A stretch of 64,000 bases of DNA, from contig NC_057718.1 of the NCBI RefSeq assembly GCF_004010195.1, positions 7,481,766 to 7,545,765 on the forward strand, written 5' to 3'. Below the pieces are notes generated by a model. It searched no databases and had not been told where the DNA came from. It was given only the letters and a program-made list of their open reading frames with translations. Numbering within the stretch: the first letter of the stretch is position 1; each line of letters begins with the position of its first letter. This DNA is from Chiloscyllium plagiosum. Its lineage: Eukaryota. A program made the position numbers and the translations under genes. Positions 35,751 through 48,542 of the stretch are shown here, one piece after another.

Positions 35751-36761
35751 ATCTGTGCCTCGTGTCTTGTAGGGGTTCTGTGATTCTAATCATCTGTGAA
35801 GCAGGTTGGGACAAGCTTGGATCATGAGAGGCACTATATAGATGCAAAACTCTTGTCTTTGCAGATGAAAGTTGCAACACCTTGCTGCCCCTGAGATGAG
35901 TCAACTCATGAATAGTGCAGGCGTGAACCAGAGACCAGTCTTAGCTGTGCTCTGGCGGAACTTCAATATATTTCTCCTGTTGGGGAAAGGGTAGGAGATT
36001 GTACTCAGTAGTAGAACATTGCAGGTTAGATGGGCTGAATAGCAACCTCCTGCACTTTAATGTGTCAGTGACTCAGTGATAAAAAGGCAGTTAAGAAGCA
36101 TGCATACTTACGCCTTTATCACACTAAATTGCACTAATATCATCTTGTGATACGTGTGCAAACTTATTAGCTGCAATCCTGCAATAAACCTTTGCTTTAA
36201 TAAACCGAAGATTTGTAGTATGCTGAACATAAATAAGTCTTGCTGTAATGAGAGCCATTCTCCCGGGAGAGTTCTGTAGAAGCCAGTTTCATATCTCCTT
36301 GTAAGAGTAGTTAGGGTTGAGACAGCGTTGGCAACAGTCCAGAGCAATCGATTGGGAGTTTTGTGTTTACTTATCTCGCAATGTTGGGCTTGGAACGCCC
36401 AATCAATGGAGCATGTTAGGACCACGAAACTGGGTAGTGGTGTTGCATTGTATACGGAGCCAGCTACTCCTCAAATTGCCCATACCAGGAGATCACATGG
36501 CAAGTAGGAGACCATTCAGTCCACAGTACCCATGTTGGATTTTTGAACTATTAGTCTTTTCTCATGGCCATGTAGCTTTATTTCTTTCAAATTGCATTTT
36601 TAGTTTTAAGTTTTATGGTGGCTAATTGAACAGGGGATGGCATTAAATATGTTTTTTAGCTCTTGCTTTTTTTTTTAGTTAGGGGAATTTCATTTGATGA
36701 AAGTGAGAACTTTGTGTTGCTCTTTCAGTTTTGCCCCATGTTGTATGTTTAAAAATAAAGA

Positions 36762-39251
36762 AATGCAGCACAATGCCACAGGGCAAAAGTTATCAATGGG
36801 GCAAGGGCAATTATAATGTGATGAGGCAAGACTTAGGATGCATAGAATGGGGTAGCAAAATGCAGGGGATGGGGACAATTGAAATGTGGAGCTGGCTTCA
36901 GGAACAGATATTGCGTGTCCTTGATAGGTTTGTCCCTGTCAAGCAGAGAGGAAGTGATAAGGTAAGGGAACTGTAGTTTGCTACAGAAATTGCATCTCTT
37001 ATTCAGCGGAAGAAGGAGGCTTATGTGACAATGAGACGAGATGGTTCAGATGAGACGATGGAGAATTACAGAGTAGCTAGGAAGGATTTAAAGAAAGAGT
37101 TAAGAAGAGCAAATAGAGGACAAGAACAGTCTTTAGCAGGTAGAATAAAGGAGAACCCTAAAGCTTTCTATAGGTATGTGAAGAATAAAAGGATGACTAG
37201 GGTAGGAATAGGGCCAAAGACAGAAGTAGGAAGTTGTGTGTGGACCCTGTGGAGATTTAGGCGGCACGGTGGCACAGTGGCACAGTGGTTAGCACTGCTG
37301 CCTCACAGTGCCAGAGACCTGGGTTCAATTCCCGCCTCAGGTGACTGACTGACTGACACGTTCTCCCCGTGTCTGCGTGGGTTTCCTCCGGGTGCTCCGG
37401 TTTCCTCCCACAGTCCAAAGATGTGCAGGTCAGGTGAATTGGCCACGCTAAATTGCCTGTAGTGTTAGGTAAGGGGTAAATGTAGGGAAATGGGTGGGTT
37501 GCGCTTCGGCGGGTCAGTGTGGACCTGTGGGCCGAAGGGCCTGTTTCCACTGCAATGTAATCTAATCTAATCTAAATGAACATTTCTCATTGGTTTTCAC
37601 TCAGGAAAAGGAGAATATTGTAGAGGAGAAGAATAAGATACAAGATATTAGACTAGAAAGGATTAAGGTTAGTAAGGAAGAGGTGTTATCAATTCAAGAA
37701 GGAATGAAAGTAGACAAGTCCCTTGGGCCGGACGGGATTTATCCGAGGTTTCTCTGGGAAGCTAGGGAGGAGGTGTTGGAGCCTTTGGCTTTGATCTTTG
37801 AGTCATCTTTGTCTACAGGTTTAGCACCAGAGGACTGGAGGATTGCAAATGTTGTGCCCTTGTTCATGAAGGGCAGTAGAGATGACCCAGGTAATTATAG
37901 ACTAGTTGAGCCTTACATCTGTTGTAGGAAAAGTTTTGGAAAGGATTATAAGAGATAGGATTTATAATCATCTAGCAAGAAACAATTTGATTGTAGATAG
38001 TCAACATGGATTCATCAAGGGCAGGTGGTGCCTCACAAACCTCTTTGAGTTTTTTGAGAAGGTGACCAAGCATGTAGATGAGGGTAGGGCAGTTGACGTG
38101 GTGTACATGGACTTCAGTAAAAACTTTAATAAGGTTCCACATGGTAGGCTGTTGGAGAAAATGCAGAGGCATGGAATTGAAGGTAATTTGGCAGTTTGGG
38201 TGAGAAACTGGCTTTCTGTAAGAAGGTAACAAGTAGTGCTTGATGGAAAATATTCAGCTTGGAGTCCAGTTACTAGTGGTGTGCCACAAGGATCTGTTTT
38301 GGGACCACTGCTGTTTGTCATTTTTATAAATGACTTGGACACAGACATAGGTGGATGGATTAGTAAATTTGCAGATAACACTAAAGTCGGTGGAGTGGTG
38401 GATAGTGTGGAAGAATGTTACAGGTTGTAGGGGGATTTGGATAAACTGCAGAATTGGGCTGAGAGGAGTTCAATGGAGTTCAATGCAGATAAATGTGAGG
38501 TGATGCACTTTGGGAAAAATAACAGGAAGGCAGAATGCTGGGTCAATGGAAAGATGGTAGTGGATTTGCAGAGGGATCTTGGAGTCCACATACATAGATT
38601 CCTGAAAGTTGCCGTCCAGGTTGATAGTGCTGTTAAGGAGGCATACAGTGTGTTGGGTTTTATTGGTAGAGGGATTGAGTTCTGGAACCATGATGTCATG
38701 CTGCAATTGTACAAAATGCCAGTGCGGCTGCACTTGGAATATTGTGTACAGTTCTGGTCGCCCCATTACAGGAAGGATGTGGAAGCATTGGAAAAGGTGC
38801 AAAGGAGATTTACCAGGATGTTGCCTGGTTTGGAAGGAGGTTTTATGAGGAAATGCTGAGAGACTTGGGCCTGATCTCATTGGAAAGAAGAAAGCTAAGA
38901 GGGGATAGAGACATACAAGATGAACAGAGGATTAGATAGGGTAGACAGTGGAAGTCTTTTTCCTAGGATGATGACGTCAGCTTGTACAAGGAGGCATAGC
39001 CACAAATCGAGGGGAGAAAGGTTTAAGACAGATGTCAGAGGAAGGTTCTTTACTCAGAGAATGGTAAGGGCGTGGAATGCCCTGCCTGCCAATGTAGTTA
39101 GCTCAGCCACATTAGGGAGATATAAACAATCCTTAGATAAGCACATGGAGGATGATGGGATAGCGTAGGGAGATGAGCTTAGATTAGTTCACAGGCCGGC
39201 GCAACATCGAGGTCTGAAGGGCCTGTTCTGTGCTGTATTGTTCTATGTTCT
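36762..39251 (+). mobile_element. CR1 LINE (TTCTATG-tail subfamily), about 2.2 kb of frameshifted ORF2, interrupted by an HE1 SINE
   Basis: ORFs 37025, 37590, 37906, 38236 ([21 protein letters not shown]), 38437 and 38920 tile the CR1 ORF2. Confidence 0.95.
37260..37575 (+). mobile_element. HE1-type SINE nested in CR1
   Basis: ggcggcacggtggcacagtggcacagtggttagc (small duplication in the head); (taatc)n tail. Confidence 0.92.
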
Positions 39252-40371
39252 AATTTCCCTGAATCAGTGATTTTCCAGACTTCTTGTACAGCAGATGACC
39301 TCGGAATAATACTGCATTACTGGGAACCTCTGACACTCTTGTTGAGATGTACTGCAGGAGTGACAGCGCAATTCAGTACTTTAACCTCATGCACCTAGAC
39401 CAAATATTCAGTGGAAGGGCAAAAATCGATATAATTTGGTGTTAAAAGCATCCCTTTCATCATGATCTGCCTCATAAGCTTTGACTGTACCCTTGCCGAA
39501 GGTGCTGCTGACTTGTGCTGTGTGCAGGTAAACCAGGTAGTTTCAGATGTCTAAACTCATATCCCCAAAGCATTTACCTGGTTCTCTGGATTACTAGTCT
39601 AATACCGTTATGACTATGCTACCATCTGCCAACTGTGACAGAGGAAGTGCAACAAATGTTATGTTTTTTTTTTAAAGAAAAAGCTTGCATTGATGAGTTT
39701 ATCAGGACCATTTGTTCCAATCCATGAAAAGGATCTCAAGGCTGGATTTAGTGAAGTAGATTCTTCAGTCTATCTTTTCCTTCCAGCAAACCTGTTTTGT
39801 TTCTAAAGGGGGGCACTTGGTTTCAATTTCTAAATCTTACAAACTGCAAATTTAACATGAGCATTTGTCCAATGCTTTCTGGCTGGGTCTAGATTTTACA
39901 AGTTGAAGACATTGAGATGTAAATGTTTACAGAAAAATGAAGAAGACCACCTAGAGAGGGAACCGCCCTGTCTAAAATCCTCTTCCTTAAGACTCTCTTA
40001 AATCCCATCCATGTCAGTCTTCCCTTTAAGTAGATCCTCAATTGAATTAAACATTTCTCAATTACCTTCTTACGAAGACAGAGAGTTTTTCATCAATGCA
40101 AGTTGTTGCTATTGCAATGCAATGATCACTGTCTCTTGCTGCATTTTAAGATGTTAAGTTCCTGTGGGAGTCAAGGGCAGTGGGAGGAATGTGAGGTTGA
40201 GACTATAATCAGATCAGCCGTGATCTTATTTAACAAGGGAGCAGGCTCAAAGAGCCTCTTCCTGCTCCTAATTTCCATGTCCCAAAAATTGAAGGAGAAA
40301 TATTATAATCTGCTGTGAGGAAAGAAGCCAGTAACTAACTGATAAATTGAAAACTTGCTTGGGTCATTCAT

Positions 40372-41335
40372 GAAAAGATTTACAAGGATTGACTGGAGGG
40401 TTTGAGCTCCAGGGAGAGGCTGAACAGTCTGGGGCTATTTTCCCTGTAGCGTCAGAGGCTGAGGGGTGACCTTATGGAGGTTTATAAAATCATAGTTAAA
40501 AATCACACAACACCAGGTTATAGTCCAACAGATTTATTTGGAAGCATTAGCTTTCAGAGCGCTGCTCCTCCATCATGTGGTTGTGATGAAGGAGCAGCAC
40601 TGCAAAAGCTAATGCTTCCAAATAAATCTGTTGGACTATAACCGGGTGTTGTGTGATTTTTAACTTTGTACACCAGAACCGTGGGCGACACGGTGGCACA
40701 GTGGTTAGCACTGCTGCCTCACAGCGCCAGAGACCCGGGTTCAATTCCTGCCTCAGGCGACTGACTGTGTGGAGTTTGCACGTTCTCCCTGTGTCTGCGT
40801 GGGTTTCCTCCGGGTGCTCCGGTTTCCTCCCACAATCCAAAGATGTGCAGGTCAGGTGAATTGGCCATGCTAAATTGCCCATAGTGTCAGATAAGGGGTA
40901 AATGTAGGGGAATGGGTGGGTTGCGCTTCGGCGGGGCGGTGTGGACTTGTTGGGCCGAAGGGCCTGTTTCCGTACTGTAAGTAATCTAAAAAAAAACCTC
41001 CAAATTATAAATAATGAGAGCATGGATAGGGTAAATAGAGAAGGCCTTTTTTCCTGGGTAGAGAGTTCAAAACTAGACGGCAGAGGTTCAAGAAAAGATG
41101 GGAAAGATTTAAAAGGGACCTGAGGGGTAACTTTTTTACCCAGAGGGTTATGCATGTGCTGAATGGACTGCTAGAGGAAGTGTTGGAGGCTGATACAATT
41201 ACAACATTTAAAAGGCATCTGGATGGATACATGAGTAGGAAGGGTTTAGAGGGATATGGGTGAAATGCTGGCAAATGGGACTAGATCAACTTAGATGAGT
41301 TGGACCGAAGGGTCTTTTTCTGTGCGGTATAACTC
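40372..41335 (+). mobile_element. CR1 3' end carrying a family B Penelope-derived fold-back (about 40494-41007), itself interrupted by an HE1 SINE (about 40683-40990)
   Basis: CR1 ggtgaccttatggaggtttataaaatcat resumes at atgagagcatggataggg; family B tail gtacacc..ctccaaat is split by the SINE. Confidence 0.88.
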
Positions 41336-42649
41336 TTTTAAGTTCTGGCATATTTAAAATTTGAAGTACAGGCATTGTTAGAGTGAGAAGACAGAGAAAT
41401 GGCACGAGGTGAGATACTCTTTTGGAGAATGGTGCAGGCATGATGGGCTGAATGTGCATTAACAGTTCTGTGATACTATTTTACAATACGTGACATATAG
41501 AATATCTTTTTTTTAATCATCCTGGCCAAGTGCCTTACCCCCAAGTTCTAATAACTATTTGCATTAAACTTAATACAAACGTTGGCCCCAGAGTATCTAT
41601 TGTCAAAGAGTAATATAATAATTGTGTACTATTTTTACAAAAGTGTGCCGCCTATATCATTACTGACTGGATAATAATGAATTTCAGTTTTCTAGTTACC
41701 TGGAATGGCTTACAGGTGTAAGAACACTGGTGTGGGTTTCATATTTTGTCGGGTAGATTTATCGGAATTGTGGGTAGGACTTTGGTGATTGAATTGCCAT
41801 GCTGCACCTGCTGTGTGGGTAAAACGAAGAGAAAATTTTGCTTTTCGATAGAATCTGGCGGGACAGCCCAAAGCACCTCCCAGCTACTGGGGTAATTCTT
41901 GAAGTGCAGTCAGTGCTGTTGTCTGGGAGATCTAGCACCCTTACACACTGAACAAAGTCACAAAAACAACAGTGTGACAATGATTTTCAGTGAAGTCAGT
42001 CGAGAGGTAAGTATTGCCCAAGATACCAGAACTCCCCTTTGCATGGTGCCATGGGATCAATTACGACACTGTCAGAGTGTAGAGGGAATCTCAGTGTAAT
42101 CTCTCGCCTGAGAGGCAGCACCTCCAATATTACAGTATTCTCCCCAGTTGGGTGCCTTAACCACTGGAATAGAACTCATGGTCTTGTGACAATATTACTT
42201 ATTAAGCTGTGGTTAACCATTCCTGTCTGTGCTCTCAAAGTTGGAGCCAACTGGTGCCTTTGCTGAGTTGCAGCTCTATGCTGCACACACCTGAATTTTC
42301 AAATTCTCAATCTCTTTATGGGATTCCCTCCCTAAACCTCTTTGCCTCTCCTTCCACATTTAACATCTCAACATCTATAAGGTGCTTTGTGAATCCTAGA
42401 TCTTTTGACCAAGCTTTTGGTTTCCTGCCCGGGTATCTCCTTATTTGGCTGACTGTCAGATTTTATCTGACAGCGTTCCTGTGAAACACCTTGGGAGGTC
42501 CTGTTACGTCAGTCAATGCAAATATAATAGAAGTAGTTGTTTGTCACTGTGTTTTGTTGATGACTTAACCTCTAAGTGCATTGTTACAGGTGGAATGTTT
42601 GCAACCTTAAGGTAAAATGTTGACTTTTGGGGCTAGCAACAAGTTTGTT

Positions 42650-43250
42650 TTATTCTCTCATGGGACATGGGCATCTCTGGCTAGACCAGCATTAATGCCC
42701 ATCTCTAATTGCCCTTGAGAAGGTGATGGCAAGCTGCCTTCTTGAGCCACTGCAGTCCATGTGCTGTAGGAGGATTCACAATGCTCTTAAGGAAGGAATT
42801 CCATAATTTTGTTCCAGCGACAGTGAAGGAACGGCGATATATTTTCAAGTCAGGACTTGAAGGGATGGTGTTCCCATGGATCTGCTGTCCTTGTCCTGGA
42901 TTTGGAAGGTGCTGTCTAAGCAGCTGTGGTGATTTTCTGCAGTGCATCTTGTGGAGAGTACACACTGTTGCTACTGAGTGTCAGTTGTGGAGTGACTGAA
43001 TATTTGTGGATGTGGTGCCAGTTAAGTGGGTACTTTATCCTGGATGGTGTTGAACTTCTTGAGTGTGGTTGGAGCTGCATTCATCCAGGCAAGTGGGAAT
43101 ATTCCATCACACCTGACTTGTGCCTTGTAGATGGTGGACAGGCTTTGGGGAGTCAGGAGGTGAGTTACTAGCCACAGTATTCTTGCATCTGACCTGCTGT
43201 TGTAGCTTATGGTGCTTATATGGCAAGTTCATTTCAGTTTCTGGTCAATA
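42650..43250 (-). mobile_element. L2/CR1-group LINE 3' portion
   Basis: ORF 42705..42965(-) CTLHKMHCRKSP..RSFTVAGTKLWNS..HGLQWLKKAACHHLLKGN; homologous to 5400-5753 plus 8922-9125. Confidence 0.8.
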
Positions 43251-43589
43251 GTAACTCCTGTTGGTATTGCATATCTCCTAGTTGGTTAGCATAATAGTAA
43301 AGTTTGGTTTTGACTTGTATTGCAACAATCCTGCTAAAATTCAGCAGTTATGTTTGACAATAATGCTTATTTAAAGACGATAGTTTTACATTGGGACCTT
43401 GGCAGATGAAGCTCAAAGTTTGGATCGGGTCCCCCGCCCCCAGAAACATTTTGCTGAGTCAGCATCATCTATGAGAGCTCAGGCAATTTTTTTGATGCCA
43501 TTTCCTCACTTCCATTGTTCTCCTTCCAAATGGTTCTAACCCACCGGAACAGTGTCAAGGGGCTGAATGGCCGACTCGTACTTCCAGGT

Positions 43590-43727
43590 AAAAACAATGA
43601 CTGCAGATGCTGGAAACCAGATTCTGGATTAGTGGTGCTGGAAAAGCACAGCAGTTCAGGCAGCACTACTGCTCTTCGGATGCTGCCTGAACTGCTGTGC
43701 ATTTTCCAGCACCACTAATCCAGAATT
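43590..43727. mobile_element. Penelope-derived fold-back insert, family A (hammerhead part missing)
   Basis: 12-bp TSD gtacttccaggt at 43578-43589 and 43728-43739; ttctggattagtggtgctggaaaagcacagcagttcaggcagca occurs inverted. Confidence 0.88.
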
Positions 43728-45709
43728 GTACTTCCAGGTGCAGATGTTCCCATACAAAAGCCGAACCTACTTCCAAATGATATCATTTTCTGAGACTCAT
43801 TGCGTAGCAGTCAAAACTAGGAATATCAAGTACTTTCATCTTTCTCACTACTCTCCCCTTCTTCCTACCAACTCTTGGCCACTCCTGTCTCAGATAAACT
43901 CAGCAAGAGACTGGGAACTGAACCGAGTTTCCTATGGGTCTGTTTGCCTTTGTATCACACCCTCAGTCAATCTAAAAGCAGTTGGCCCATTAGTACTGTT
44001 CCAGGTGCACAGCCAATGGCAATAAATTGAAAGAGTTTTTTTTAGCATGCTATTTCATTTTGTTAAGTAATAGCAGCTTACACTTTCCATAATACCTTTA
44101 ATATAAGGCACGTTTATTCGCCTCCAGCCCTAGAGATGGAGAGAAAAGGGTGAATCATTGCAGGAATGGCCCATTGAGAGAAACTCCTCTTTGCCACCTA
44201 AATTCTGGGTCACCAGCAGTTAAGGCCCTTAATGTATAGCCACTTAAGCTCCTCAATTTGCTACTTTTCTGATCACAGGAGTGGGTTAGGTTCCTGACTG
44301 GGAACCAATGGTGTCCTACCTGCTGGGTTGGTGGAATTGGGGAGGCGGGGGAGGGGTTTCAATTGCCCTAATTTGTGGTCAATTGGAAGCATGAATGGTC
44401 AGCAAATAGGTGACCCCTAAAATCCACCCTAACCGGCCTTTCCTCCGATACCGCACTCCCATCTCAGCAGAAGCCTCACCTCGCTGCTGGATTGTTCCCT
44501 ACCCACAACCCTTTCTCCAAGGATTGGCAGACTTTAGTATCTAGAAGCTGGAAGCTGGGTGATTGGAAGTTTCTGGTAAAGCCAGGGGATCAGCAAGTAC
44601 TTGTCCTCACTGACCTGTCATCCCTTTGTGAGATTGATAAGCTCTTTATGAAGACGATTGCTGGTATTTCATCTTGCTATTTTTTTGGGGGGGGAGGGGA
44701 GAGGGTCTGGTGGAATGGATCTCTTAGCTGGCACCTAATGCACTCGACCCCCTACAAACATTAGCAAACAAGTTTGGAAAACTGTGCCCACGGTAAAATG
44801 GTCCAAGTTGCATCACAGGAGTGTAAATAAGATGCAATTTGACATTACATTTTCTAAAATAAATATTAGGAGAGAAGAACTAAAGCATCCCTCAGTATCA
44901 TTAAGATGCTCCTGAAAGCATAACCTCTTTGGGTAAGCTTTTGGTCACCTGTCCTAATATTACCTGGCTCAATGACAAATTTCATTTCTGAAATAAGACA
45001 ACCATGAAGTGCAGTGAAAGGGACGCCTAGATGCAAGTTGTTGTTGCAAGCTGCCTTAGCTTTACATTACTCGAGCTGTTTAGCTATTTCCTGTGCTGCA
45101 GTCAAGCGTTTTACAGTCTGCTTTATTCCATTTCACACTTACATGCCTGTGTGTGTTTTCCTTCCAACTTCATTCCCCTGGTTCTGTTATAAAAACAGAA
45201 AATGATGGAAATACTCAACAGGCCAGGAAGCATCTGTGGAGACAGAAACAGAGTTAGCTTTCCAGGTCATTGATTCTCGCTCAGTTTATTTTTCCCCTTA
45301 AGTGCTGTTTGTCTGTGTCTTCAGTGGATTCCAATGAAGTGCCTCTATCTGAAATGTAGGCCTGCCTGCTCTTTCTGGATGTGTTGCCTGGTACAGTGAA
45401 TGTTTGCAGCATTAATCTGTGTTATTTCTGTTGACTGTTTTCTCCCTGGGAGTTTTATCAATGCAAGTGCAGGTGGGGAAGTAACATTATGAGAGGTGAG
45501 CTGGATTTCACCGGGGGCTACATGCTGTATGTGTGCTCCACAATGCCTTAATGTGCCAGTGATGAAAGGTCCTGCAGAGCTTCAGTTCCGAACATATTAT
45601 ATTTAAACTAATATCAGTGAATATTCCCGATGACTCACAGTATGTATGGGTCAAGCTTTTCGGGAAGATTAAATTTGCCTTGAATTTAAACAAATGCAGA
45701 CAAGCGCTG

Positions 45710-46015
45710 TCTAAGGTGTCACTCCAGGCCTCACTGGGTGAAGCTCTGCATTCCCACTGACACCTGGCAATCACTGGCCCAAGACTGACCAAAGTGGGGG
45801 AGGGGCATCCGGGAAGACGTCGAGCTGCTGTTGGGAAAAGGCGGAAACCTGGAGAAAACAGTGCAAGGAGTGCGTTGCCCCAGCCACCCCTTCCCATCAC
45901 CACCTTCTGCCCCAAGTGTAACAAAGCCTGTCATTGGTTTGTACAGCCGCCTACAGACTCCTCCTGAGAGAGGAAGGGAGTCATCCTCATCCGCGAGGGA
46001 CCATCGATGATGACG
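45710..46015 (+). mobile_element. RTE-clade LINE 3' end
   Basis: Frameshifted ..IPTDTWQSLAQD*PKWGRGIRE..CPKCNKACH.IGLYSRLQT (terminal Cys/His motif) followed by a short UTR and a gatgatga tail. Confidence 0.7.
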
Positions 46016-46209
46016 TTAGACTGTCAGATTGATGGCGAGAATATTATAGCCCTTCTGTCGGTCTGCAGGTAAATGGTGAAGGTGATTCCTGACATTATAG
46101 AATCTGAGTTATGAGGAATGTTGAGGAAGTTGAACTTTTTTTTTACATTGGAAAAGCTCTTTGGAAGATTAGTTTAAAAGATTTTTAGGGAAAGGGAGAG
46201 ATCAGGGCG

Positions 46210-46432
46210 TAAAAACCAAAGAGCTGAGGATGCAGGAAATCAGAAATAAAAACTGAAATTGCTGGAAAAACTCAGCAGGTCTGGCAGCGCCTGTGGAGAG
46301 AAATCAGAGTAAACGTTTCTGGCCCAGATAACCTTTCTGAGGAAGGATCACTGAACCTGAAACGCTCACTCTGATCTTTCTCTCCAGATGCTGCCAGACC
46401 TACTGAGTTATTCCAGCAATTTCGGTTTTTGT
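46210..46432. mobile_element. Penelope-derived fold-back insert, family C
   Basis: gaaattgctggaaaaactcagcaggtctggcagc inverted against gctgccagacctactgagttattccagcaatttc; ctgaggaaggatcactgaacctgaaacgctc at 46337-46367. Confidence 0.82.
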
Positions 46433-46646
46433 TGAAGGTTAGTGCATGTTGCACACTGTCAAAATGGAGAAAGAAAGCAATTGTATTAATCTTCGAACCC
46501 GATATGACCTTGGGAAGTTCTCATATAATTCATAGCTGCTGAAGCGTCCACTCACTATTAGAGGGTAAGGTAGATACATAGCTACTTACAGCATGACAGC
46601 ACAGGAACAGGCCCTTTGGCCCACTATGTCTGTGCTGACCATGATA

Positions 46647-46836
46647 CTAGGAGAAAGTGGTTACTGCAGATGCTGGAGATCAGAGTCAAGACTAGAGTGG
46701 TGCTGGAAAAGCACAGCAGGTCAGGCAGCATCCGAGGAGCAGGAAAATTGACTTCGGATAGGAGCCCTTCATCAGGATTTTCCTGCTCCTTGGTTGCTGC
46801 CTGACCTGCTGTGCTTTTCCAGCACCACTCCAGTCT
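46647..46836. mobile_element. Penelope-derived fold-back insert, family A
   Basis: 11-bp TSD tgaccatgata at 46636-46646 and 46837-46847; decayed minus-strand core cctgatgaagggctcctatccgaag. Confidence 0.88.
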
Positions 46837-47191
46837 TGACCATGATAACAGTCTAAGCTAATTTAATGGTTGTGATTTTATTCATTCATGAGATGTGGAG
46901 GTAACACGTTTAATACCCATCCTTAATTGCCCTTGAGAGAATGGCGGTGAGCTGCCATTGTGTTGTGTAGTGGAGGGGGTTAAATAGCAGAGGAAACACA
47001 TTTTGAAAGAGAGTTGCCTGGGACTGGGAAGAAAAGCAGGAAATTTGACAGGAGGTTATCAGCTAACGGAGACAAGTGACGTTATGGGGGAGCGGTCTCG
47101 GCCTTGGGCTGGGAAGTTCAGCTGAAGGTGAAAGAGGATGTATTGATTGAAACGGAAATATCAGGATTCCCCACCCTGGCTATGGTCTCTT

Positions 47192-47308
47192 CCAGGAGAA
47201 AGTGAGGACTGCAGATGCTGGAGCTCAGAGTCGAGAGTGTAGTGCTGGAAAAGCACAGCAGGTCAGGCTGCCTGACCTGCTGTGCTTTTCCAGCACTACA
47301 CTCTCGAA
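47192..47308. mobile_element. Penelope-derived fold-back insert, family A (hammerhead part missing)
   Basis: 11-bp TSD tatggtctctt at 47181-47191 and 47309-47319; tcgagagtgtagtgctggaaaagcacagcaggtcagg occurs perfectly inverted. Confidence 0.9.
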
Positions 47309-47899
47309 TATGGTCTCTTTCATCCTCATTATTAAGCTGCTCTGTCAGAACAAAATCTATTGCCCTAAGATTTCACTGAGTTGAAGGAATTTTGTTTTAA
47401 AATTTTAATGCCAAGTTGAAAATTGCTGGTGCACACAAGTAGCACACTTCATTTTCACAGATGTCACAAGTAACAGGTTGCAGTTGACGTGTTAATATTT
47501 CTGTATTGCCTCGTTCCAATAAACTGTGCCTAGGTGCCTTACTGACATGTGCCTTCATTTCTGCATTCAGATTTCCCAGCCATCACTGTGGATTAAATTT
47601 CCATTAGGGCAATCCATCTTTCAAGTATGAATTTTAATCTTTTGAAAATCTGTTTTACCCTCCCTTTTAAATAAAAAAAATGTTTTTTAAATCCTTGGTT
47701 TGATTTATTGCAACCCTAGTTTTGCAATCAATTTGAATGGCAGACAAAAATTCCAGAGCAAAACTGAGCAGAGAAATACCATTATTATAAAAAAAAAGAA
47801 TCCGGGCTGATTGTATTAGTCCCTTGTCCCCCTCAGTGGTATACACATGTATGAATATAAGCTGCAGCTGATAATGCAGTGTTTAATGATGATCGACTA

Positions 47900-48542
47900 C
47901 AGCTACTGTCTGCCTCTGTTTTTTTTCTATTTAACTGCCCTCAAGTCTCTTATCTGTTTCTCTCTCTCTCTATCTACCTCACCCCACCTTCCCAAGTCAC
48001 TGTCATTTCTCTTTCAGCCTGTCTCTCCCTTAATTCTCATTCCCTCGGTGTCTTCTCTGCTTTCTGGTGGAAATGACTGAACTTTGCCCCGTACTTGCTG
48101 ACACCCCCGACGGATTTTGAAAGCTATGACGTTCCCAGTTGTCTGAGCTGCACAACAGGAAACGCTTTGACGGCCTCCTCTCTTCCTGCTTCAGAGAGAG
48201 AGAGAGAAAAAAACACCTTTTTTTTCTGCAGGGAGCCAGCTGAGATCCTTACACTTCCATGTCTGCATGCTGCACTCAACCAATGCAACTCGAAGTAGCC
48301 TGATTGACATCCCTAGTTCCAAGAGGGAGCCAATGGAATGGAAAGTGGTACTTTCCAACTTAATGATGTAAGAAATATAATAATCTGTTCTCAAGAGTGA
48401 CGGGGGGGAATACAGTTTTATGTAGCAAGCGGTGGACTTGTAGGAGTAGAGCCATGTACTGTGTATGAACTGGGATAAAAGGTGTTCAGGTACCTGAGGG
48501 AAAATCCATCAGCTGTGTGATGCCAGGGGTATGCGTTGTCAG
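47900..48542 (+). promoter_or_regulatory. Candidate alternative promoter/first exon in a second transposon-free island (about 47.4-49.4 kb)
   Basis: CT-rich tract, some retained CpGs, GA repeat, and a strong donor CAG|GTAGGT (GT at 48543-48544). Confidence 0.42.
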
